DNA of 64,000 nt. Source: Asterias rubens. Its lineage: Eukaryota. Position 1 is the stretch's first letter. Each line of letters opens with the position of its first letter. A program made the translations under genes and the position numbers. The stretch spans positions 5,270,001 to 5,334,000 of the forward strand of contig NC_047080.1 of NCBI RefSeq assembly GCF_902459465.1. The letters run 5' to 3'. Of the stretch, positions 1 to 10,300 are shown piece after piece. The notes beneath the pieces were generated by a model, which was given only the letters and a program-made list of their open reading frames with translations, did not search any database and was not told the origin of the DNA.

Positions 1-1275
1 TTTACAGACGTACCAAGTAAAAATGCACAAGCATTACAACATGTAACTGACTACATTCCAGGGACAGTACTGTAGGTTCCTTTAAATAGACTATAAAAGC
101 TAAAAGTATATCAAATGCACTACAGACCAAATGGCAAACTACCAACCAGCAACTACTCCTAAATATACTGTTACCATGGTAATGCATCTCCCATACGCTC
201 ATATACACAGTCTCAAGAAGGTCAAAAAGACGGATATAACGGTTCTAAAAAAACTACATGCTACAAATTCCGCATACCATGTATTTGAAGACTCTACCAC
301 AAACAGAAGATAATGTTGTTAAATTACAACAAGATACACAGTTAAAGATAAATACAACAGATCTAATCGGATACAGAGTTCAAGAAAAAATCTAAAATCG
401 GAAGTCATGATGCAACAATTGAGACCGCTCATTATCCATGATGCATCGTGATAGCATAGGAGACATATAAGACGTAGCCACAAGAAGGCAAAAGACATAG
501 CCACAAGTACCAAGAGGCATTGCCGGAAGATGCCAAGAGGCATAGCCATAAGAAGCCGAGAGCTGTAGCCACAAGAAGCCAAAAGCCAAAAGATTACAAA
601 GCGTCAGTAAAATGCAAAAGGTTATAGACTCGGCAAGATGAGCATCTGATCTGGCCACAAGAGGTAATTATAAAATTATTCACATTTGTCTTGGTGATAA
701 TTGTTTCATTTATACCCAACAAAAATATTTGTGGTAGTGTTTTTGAGATTGAGATATTCCTACAAATCTGCAGCAGGAAAAATAATCAATAATTAGAATA
801 CACAATCCGAGTAGAAATGTGTCTCAGTGTTTGACTTGATTTCTCTAAATACACATTCCTTTGTTTCTCAAAATATTATACATTATCAAAAGCTGCAGTG
901 CTTATTACCAAGTAAGTTTTTCTGGTTTTAATTTTTTATTAACTTCTATAATACTGGTATACCCTCACTTTAAACTCAACCAAAAACTCCTTTAATAAAT
1001 TGGTTTAGCCTTTGAGAAAGACTCTGCTGGGGTTGAAATGTCTGTTAGTACCCACGGCAATGGTTTGAGAAAATGTGGAAAGGAGTGCCACTTAAAAAAT
1101 GAGGATAAAGAAAATGACGCTTTCAAACGGCACAGCAATCAAACATTGTATTATTCCTTAATGGTAATAGATGTTGATGAGAAAATACAAAAACCTGAAT
1201 AAATTTAAAACTTAAACAGAACTGCAAACTTAAAAAAACAACAAAAAAATCACTCTCAGAGTAACCGAAAATTAC

Positions 1276-1371
1276 TTTTCTGAATTTGTTTGTGAAGAGT
1301 TTTTGATAGTAGATATTGTTAATATCCATGTAGGGGTTTTCTTTGTAGTGCTTCTGGAAAATGGACAACTC
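1276..1371 (-). CDS. Cav2: Probable post-IQ C-terminal exon, 96 nt (possibly alternative)
   Basis: Strong pyrimidine tract; cgtag|GAG TTG TCC...AGA AAA|gtaatt; [32 protein letters not shown]; phase 0 to 0. Confidence 0.65.
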
Positions 1372-4300
1372 CTACGAGTAGCGGGAAGCAGGCATTGAAA
1401 GGAGGGAATAAAAGGCGGGTAAATACATGCAAATTCATGCAAATTATATGTAAAGTCATGCAAATTATATGCAAATGATTGCAACACAGCAAAATCAAAC
1501 AAAATGGAAACAAACAAATGATGATATTTATAAGCATAAGTTTAAGCAAATTATAATGAATAAAGTAATCAAAAGTTTGGGAAAAAACCCAAATACAAAA
1601 CATCAATGAAATCAAACAATGGAAATCAAAGTGAAAGTGCAAAAACAGCGGGTTTCATGGTATTCTTATGACACAGCAACAAAATTTTAAAAAAGATGAA
1701 ATCTGTACACAAAAAATGGGCGTGTCAGTGACAAATAAATAAAATAATGATGATGGGTTAGCAACCAGAGCAAAGGACAATCCCTGTGCTTCTTTTGGAG
1801 TGTGTGTGTGTTGGGGGGGAGGGGGGGTGAGGGGGGGGAGGGGGGGGTGAGGGGGGGAGGGGGGGGGGGGGGGGGGGGGTGAGGGGGGAGTGTGGTGATT
1901 TGTGGCATCAGTGAATGGAAGTGTTGGCGGAGCTTTGCTGCGATAATTTGGGGATTTATAAAGCGATGCGGTGTTATAGCAGCAAATAAAGTTATTATTT
2001 GTAGTAGGGTGGAAGTCCTGGACCATAATGAGCAACTACAAAGTCAACGGGGACAACTGGAATTTTTAAGAATGCAATAATTGTAGGAATTGTCAAGAAA
2101 TTGAAGAATCTTGGCGACGCTTTGAGATAAAAAACCCAAGTTTTCATCATGATGGCACACTCACTGCAAATCATGTTAGTTGAAACAACCTTCCAGATTA
2201 AACTAGTTTGTGCCAAACTTAAATTGGTATAAATTATGATATTTACAATAACTTCCATGAACTGTTGTGAGGCAGGAAAATGGACAGATATCAGAAAATA
2301 ATTATTTATGGGATATCAGAAAATAAACATTAACGGGATATCAAATAAAAAACTCAACTACGATTCAATTCCACATAATCTGGTCATCTTTGCTCCTTCC
2401 TATAAAAATCCCTCACTCCTTTTAAGAAGTTTTTTTCTACCACCTCCTTAACACAAACACAGGAGTTATAATTTACTTGTAGAAACAGAAAATGTCAAAA
2501 ACTTGCCTCAGATTTAAGATGGGCATGGCAGGTTAAAAATGGCTGTGGTCATTTTGTAAAGTTTAGGTCAACTACCCTACAACAAAACTTTATTTAAAAA
2601 CTTAAATTTCTGGGAAAAAAATCCTGGTTGAAACCTAACAATTTATGCACAGGACATGATTACACAAATGTTATTTTGATTAGAATTCTCACAATCTTTT
2701 TACAGTAAAATTAAGTTATAACAAAATATAAAAATAAACGGGTTGGTATTTTTGCTTACCGTTCTCGCATGACCATCCCTCTGTAGTTTTGCTTTGTATT
2801 CTCGCCACGTCTCATAAATAAGTAGAGCGGCATATATCTTCCCCACAGTTAACTTCTCCCCAATCAACTCTGAGAGATTAATCAAGAAGATAAGATGATC
2901 TCATCAAAATACGCTAATAATAATAAAAGCAATGAAAGTAGCATAACATAATAAGAAAAACAAACTTAATACAATGTTTCTCTAAGTAGATGAGTCTTTA
3001 AACTGTTCTTGAATAATGTTAAGTGAGTTGGAAAGAAGGGAGTTCCAAAGCCTCGGTGCTGTGCTCTGAAAACTTCTCTCCCCCCAATCGATGATTTGTC
3101 GTTTTTTCCTAAGGCCAGGGGAAGACAGTGTTTTCACCCCCATGTCACATCATGATCCAGTGGTTAGACTGCACCACTTACAATCAAAAGGTTGTGGGTT
3201 CGAATCCTACCAAGCTAACCGCTGATTTCACAATGAACAGAATTTATAGTATTGTCGTCTAGTTACTGAATCAATTTCTCAATTTGTGCAAGTCATAACC
3301 TTAGACGTAAAACCAATGTTTGTTTTAGAGAGATTGGCTGTTGCCAGCTTGGCGTTTACATCCCCTTGTGGGAGTTTATCGAGTTCTCTTGACAGGAAGA
3401 TCATATAACAATAACGACTTATTATTATGAATATAAAAGATTGGAACTACCGCTAGCTATCAGGCAAGCTTGGTGGTCTAGTTGTAAAGACATCTGCTTT
3501 AGAATGGCAAAGGTTGTAGGTTCGAATCCCACCAGAGTAATAAGCATGTGGATTGTTTTCACAAGACTCAGGAAAGTACTCAGCATATTATGATAAAAGA
3601 CTGGTTCATACTTCATGCGTAAGCGAAGCAAATTATTTGTGGCGCAATAATCGGTACGCGCTGTTTTTCATAAATATGACGCAGGAAGGTTTGCTTCACT
3701 TTCACTTTCACAAGAAGTATGAACCAGGCTTAACACACAATGGTAATCAACTTAATAATCTAGATTAGATAATCAGATAATCTAGATGAGATAATCAGAT
3801 AATCTAGATTAGATAATCAGATAATCTAGATCAAAAAGAGTAACTTAAGGCCGAGTCACACTGCAGCAAACGAAGACGATACCGATCGCGACGCAATAAT
3901 AATGCATTCTATTGGTTGAATTGCTCCACGCAGAATACGCGCACGCTCATTCAACCAATAGAATGCCTTCTCTTTGCGTCGTGATCGTTATCGTTTTTGT
4001 TATCGCTGCAGTGTGACTCTGCCTTTATAGAGTGTAAATATTCAAGGAGAATTGTTGCTGATTTCCTACCGCTGTCTGGAGGGACTAGGAGATCTAGCTT
4101 GTCTGCATTCAGAGTCGGCCAGAAATTCTTGACAGCATCCCGTAGTTCACTGTCATGTCTGTCTCGATCGGCCACTGAGGAAACACAATATACAAACAAA
4201 TTATTATTTATCGGAAAACAAACTGAAATGGCTAAACCTACAACTGAAATTGTTGAGATATGGGATTACTTTATCATGTCCATGTATACTGTGCACTACT

Positions 4301-7300
4301 GTGTTATTAGTCTTCTTACAAAGTGGTATGAAAGAATAAAGACCTTAGTCAAGTGCAAGTCAAGCAACCATCGTTTATCGCCTTAATTACTTCCTAGACT
4401 CATATCATTCAGAAAAAACATTTGATAATTGTTTCTTTAGAGGTGAGAAAATAATGTATTAGCTGTTGCAAACTGCTTCCCAACCAAAATAGTACTGTGC
4501 TCTACAGGTAAGTATGAGTGAAGTAGACGCAAAAGTTTTTAACGGCCTGACGTTTTGACCCTAGCAGAGTGTTCCTGTACGTGTTTCCATAAGAGGAGTG
4601 GTTTAGGGTTCACATCTCACCTTTGCCAATTTTGATGTCCAGTGCTGTACGGATGAGCGCCATGAGGGTGGTGGAGAAATGAACCGTCTTGTCTTCAGCG
4701 ACCGGCATGTTCATTCTTATTAGACGCTGTCGGATATGAGAAAAGAAATGAGTCAAATCTTTAAGACATTCTTAACTTAGTGATATGATGGAACAAGATT
4801 ATTTTATGACAGTGTTTTGCTCAGATACAAATCTGTGAGGGCAGAGATGGTTCTTGTGATTGATTTAGCTTAGTAGCGCACATTTGTTGCATACGCTGTA
4901 TACTCCCCAGGGAGCTGAGATGGTTTAAGGAATGAATTAAAAGGCCCAGTGACCAGGGATAATAATGTTGGAAGCGCTTTGTGATCCCCTTGGGTGTGTA
5001 AAGTGCTACAAACCGATTACTATTATTACTATCTGTAAGATTTGATCAAACTGTGGCTTGAGTGAAAATAGACCGATCCCATTCAGGTCTTCTCATTACT
5101 ATTACCCAGAATACAGGCAGGGAACTAGATCTTACCTTGTAAGCAATTCTGTAAGGACAGTTTCTTCCAAAACCGACAGGTGGCTCCATTGTTCTTAGCA
5201 TTTCATACATCTCTTTGTAATGTAATCGTCCACTGAAATCAAAAGTGTCAATCAAATCAGATCAAACCCAGAAAATCATGAAAATTGTTGAAATTCAAGC
5301 AACAGGATAAAATTAACAAGATTACAATTCACAAAAAAGTTTGGAACTGGTTTTCTAGAACAGAGTCACTGAACTAGTTTTACACGAATAAAGATAAAAG
5401 GAGATTTTTGATCAGAAAATGGCTTTTAAGACATCAAAACCTGCCTGCTGAACTGTGTTTTTTTAAATAAATTTATAGAATTTACTGACAAAATGTCAAT
5501 ATTGACAACATGGTCTGATTGATCAAGAACTTTGAAAGAATGTTGAAATCATGGAACAGTATTCATATAAAGAGTAGGATTTCTCTTTATCTGCGGAAAA
5601 TTACTGCATTGATACAATGTATCAACATGCAGAAAAAACACTGAATCTTGTGGGAAAACACATCGAATCTTGTGGGGAAAACACATCGTTTGATGACAGT
5701 TTTTTAACTTTTGGGGTTGAACAAAGAATTGACTAGAGTGGGATTCGAACCATTGACCTCCGGATTAACGTGCCGGCGCTCTACCAACTGAGCTATGTAG
5801 CCCTATGCTGGCGGTGTCCCTATTTTGTCAATATCTTTGTTTGGTGGTGACAGTCAGAAGCCATACAACCGTTAACTGCCGTGTAGCCAGGGATCACACC
5901 CAAATTACGATACAACCTGGGAAGCGGCAGCCAGGGGATCACCTTAAGGGGATGCGACTTTTTTGTTTCAGATATCAATATAAACCACAAGGGAAACTGA
6001 CTGGGTAAATCTTTTAAACTTGTTTACTTCCCTGGACTACTCCTGGTCAATATGTTTTATTGTCCGAAAGAAGATATAAAACGAAGATAAAAGTGTAAAG
6101 TTTCTGATTCCTGATACTTTGTTTGTCTTTGTATGGATTTACTTTAAAGGCACTGGACACTATTGGTAATTACTCAAAATAATTGTTAGCATAAAAACTT
6201 ACTTGGTAACGAGCAATGGAGAGCTGTTGAAAGTAAATAACATTGTGATAAACAGCTCCCTCTGAAGTAGCGTAGATTTCGAGAAAGAAGTAATTTCTCA
6301 CTAAAATATTTGAATTGAATTTGAAACCTCAGCTGAGGTCTCAAATTCAAGCATCTGAAAGCACACAACATTGTGTGACAAAGGTGTTTTTCTTCCATTA
6401 TTCTCTTGCAACTTCGACGACCAATTGAGCTCAAATTTTCACAGGTTTGTTCTTGTATGCATATTTTGAGATACACCAAGTGAGAAGACTGGTCTTTGAC
6501 AATTACCAAAGGTGTCCAGTGCCTTTATTGGGCAAGTTAATTTGGAGAAGGTTTATGCAGAGATTAGGAAGATGAAGAAAGGAAGATGACTTACGTTCCA
6601 ACTGGTTCTATCTCACCCCAGACTCGGACATACTCATCCAGGTGATGAGCTCCCAAGATAGAAGCGTCTCTCGTTAGATAATCAAAATTATCCATAATTA
6701 CAGCCACAAAGAGATTCAACATCTACAAATAAAGAGTGAGATGATTACAAAACTTGGAAATGTTTCTTCTTTCAATCAATCTATGTCAGCAAATATCAAG
6801 TAATAAACCAAGAGGGAAATTGACGTGGCAATGTTTATAGAACTTGGGGTTGAACAAAGACAAATTTACTCAAGTGGGATTTTGACCATTGAGCTCCACA
6901 TTATTGTTCCACCTGAGCTATCTAGCCCTATACTGGCAGTTTCCCTATTTTGTCAATATCTTTGTTTGGGTGCCAGTCTACCTGATTGTAACAAGTAGCA
7001 ATTTTTCCCCCAGAATTTCTGTATTCACTTTCTTTTTAGTAATCATTTTTTTTTACAATGATGTTCTGCATCATTATTTCATGCTGTCCTGTCAGGGAAA
7101 TTGTGTAAATAATTGAGAATGACATTTAATTTTGCTTAAAAAGTAAAACAAACGACAACAGATTTCCATTTCTTTGTGTATAAAACTTTGCGTTGCCAGC
7201 CTTCAGCACTTGCGCGATCAGGCAACAAACAAACTGGTCTATTGCCTCCTCCTACTTGCTTGGAGAATAATTTGATTAAGCATCTAAGATGTGACTTACA

Positions 7301-10300
7301 AGGAAAGAACAAAGGAAGATGAATGATACGAAGTAGAAGTAGGAGAAATCTGAGCCACATCCATTTAGTTCATCTTCAGTGTAGTTGGCTCCAAGACTGC
7401 CAACATCACAAGTAGAATGAGAATTACATGACAACATTATTAGCTGCCAACTCTCTCCGGTAGCACACCTGTGGGAAGTCAACCAAGGACCAGAAAAACC
7501 AAATGTCAAATTAAGAAAATAATAACAGTTGATACTACAGACTTGAGCGTTCTTCATCTTTAGCAAACTTTTTGTAAACACTTGGTTTTAAGTAAATCAC
7601 TGCACCCTCGTGTAAAAAATAAATTAAAAAGGAATCTGGCCAAACAAAGGAGCAGGCATTGTCGGATAGTTGATTGTATCTTTTTTAAAGAGAGATTTCC
7701 TTGTCTAATAAACTCTGAATAAGTTTTCATTCAAATCTCTTTCTTTGTCTTTGGTTTGACTTCCATTCGACCTGAATGCTTGCTTTTTCCTTTTTGCATA
7801 GCACATTGTATTTTGGTGTTTCGTGCAATTAAGACAATAGAATAAATAAATTTATTCCAAAAAATTGTTATATTATTATCACCAAATAAAATGACTTTAT
7901 AAAAGCAAATACAGATGGGGATGAAGAATTGAGACATATGGTAAACTAGGAATGGTTAATGGTAGAGTTGGTTAGTCCGAGAAGGTGTAACAGGGTAGGG
8001 GGTTTGGTTTTGGAGTTGGAGATGCGGGTGAGGTGTGCATGGGGGTGCTTTGGGTGCTGTTTATTTTGGGAGGCGATGAATGAGACTATACAATTGTTGC
8101 TGTGAATGTTGAGAGGGTGCAGTAAAGATGATAGTACCAGAAGGATATCACATGCATTATATATGGGTAGTATATAAAGGAAAAATTGGGTTACTTTGCA
8201 TTTATTTACATTGCTGCAAGCTTACTATTTATCTAAAACCTACAAATCGCTGAGCCAATGAATGGCTGACTAAGTAACTACTGACCAATCACAATGTGTT
8301 TGAATCAACACAAATATTGACTGTTGCTTCAACAGTATTCATCTAGCCATGGTGATTAGGGTTCATTAATGTCTTCATTTCATTGGTCAAAGAAACCAAT
8401 CAAATCAAGCGGGGCTGACCAATCAAATTGAAACCAACCAGAAAGCAACCAATCAGCTCACAGACATTACAACCAACCAATCAGAGTTGTTGTAGACCAA
8501 ACAAACACAAAAGACAAACACAACTGCGTTAAGTTAACAACAAGATATCCATCATGCAAATGAATATCAAATAATGGAAGCTTAATTTTGTACAGACCTT
8601 GTTACAAATAATGGCCTTCAGAACATACTAGTTACCGGTACACTTTTATCAAATAAATTAGCCCAGTTGTGAATATAACCAGACCTATAGTAAGTATTAG
8701 GTACACAATACACTCAATGGGAAGGTACACATTTGGTTATTACTCAAGACAAGTATAAACTTAAAAACTGACTTGGTAACGAGCATTGGAGAGCTGTTGA
8801 TAGTATAAAACTTTGTGGGAAACAACTCCCTCTGAAGTAACGTAGTTTTTGAGAAAGAGGTAATTTCTCACTAAAATATAAAAACACTTCTAGCTAGAAG
8901 ATTATTCCAATCTGAAAGCACAACAATTCATCCAACAAGGGTGTTTTTTCTGTCATCATTTTCTCGCAACTGCGATGATTAATTTAGCCCAAATTTCGAC
9001 AGGCTTGTGATTTTATGCTTATGATGAGATACACCAAGTGAGAAGACTGGTCTTTGACAATTACCAAACGATACAGTATACAATTTGTACACAAATTTGA
9101 CAGATGAATGCCTTTATATTGTCCAGAGACCAAAATAATTCTCGGAAATTATTTCAGACATTTATGTCTTGACTTGAAAAGACCATTTAACATAAAACAA
9201 TGCACAGAGACCTTAGCCTACAAACTATTATACTACTGCGTTGACCTAAGTCCAACCAGGGCAACATTTAGCCTACAAGTCTTTGTGATCATCACAAGCA
9301 TTTTTATACCTAGCCAGGGCTAAGAGCACAAAAAATAATTACAATAATTTGGGGGGCTTATCATCCTTACTCGCAGCTAAGTGCTGAATTGCGAAGGACG
9401 CGGCTACAACGTGTTCAAGAAGCAGGCATGCAAGCTGCCAGCCACATCAACCCATTATGACCACGGAGCACACCCAAGATCGAAAGTGTTTGATTTTTCC
9501 CCGAGGGAGGAAAACCGGATAGTCTGGAAAACCCTTGTGGCACAGCAGAGGACCAACGCACAACTCAACTCACATAATGGCCCTGGCCGGGAATCGAACC
9601 GGGGTCACCTTGGTGAGAGCGGAGCACTTTACACACAAGCCAACCATGCCAATCAATGTTTCATCCACTACATTCCTAAACAAATTTTGGACTGTAGTTT
9701 AGCTCAAGCTAGGTCAAACTAATTGAAACTTTGCACGGCGAAAGCATAACTAAGAGAGGTTTACGGGGAACACCATGTGAAAATCTCTTTTGAGTTGTGT
9801 TGGTTCTGAAAAGAACCGATGGTTAAGGACTCAACGCTTCGATCAGTGTACTCTGATCATCTTTGAGAGAAAGTAACTCAAAGCTAGACACACTTTGTAA
9901 TCCAGCAACCTCTTTTTACATTATGTTGCTGGTAAACTTCTCAACCATCTGGTAACAAAGTTTGTGAATGTTTCGCCGAGACACTACAATATTAAACTAT
10001 TTGTTGCTTTCACCCATGTACTGCATCTCTTTGGAACTCCTTGCCTGGTGGTTGTTTCCACCCCCCCCCCCCCCCCACCATCCTACATCTGGACTGTTTT
10101 AAGAGGAATATCAATTCCTGCCTCCAGCTCTCCTGAGTTATTTTCATGTTTAAATCATTTTTTGTTTTTGTAGTCCCTTACCTAGAGTGGTGTTTAGCCT
10201 TGTTTGGGGCGAACTTGCATAAACAAAAAAATTTAAAAAAATCTATATATTTTTGGTTTGCGATAACACAGGGGTGAGAGTCATTACTAACGAAAAAGTC

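Noticed and set aside
319-660. Minus-strand ORFs as further C-terminal exons
   Set aside because: They consist of degenerate CTTGTGGCTA repeats, stop early from the best acceptor (652) and have no convincing donor.
1655-2035. Poly-proline ORFs (also 18669-18911 and 29922-30146)
   Set aside because: They arise from poly-G or (GGT)n tracts read on the minus strand, with no splice or homology support.
5731-5803. Possible genuine tRNA-Asn gene
   Set aside because: The acceptor stem does not pair and the flanks recur in another copy, so a SINE head is more likely.
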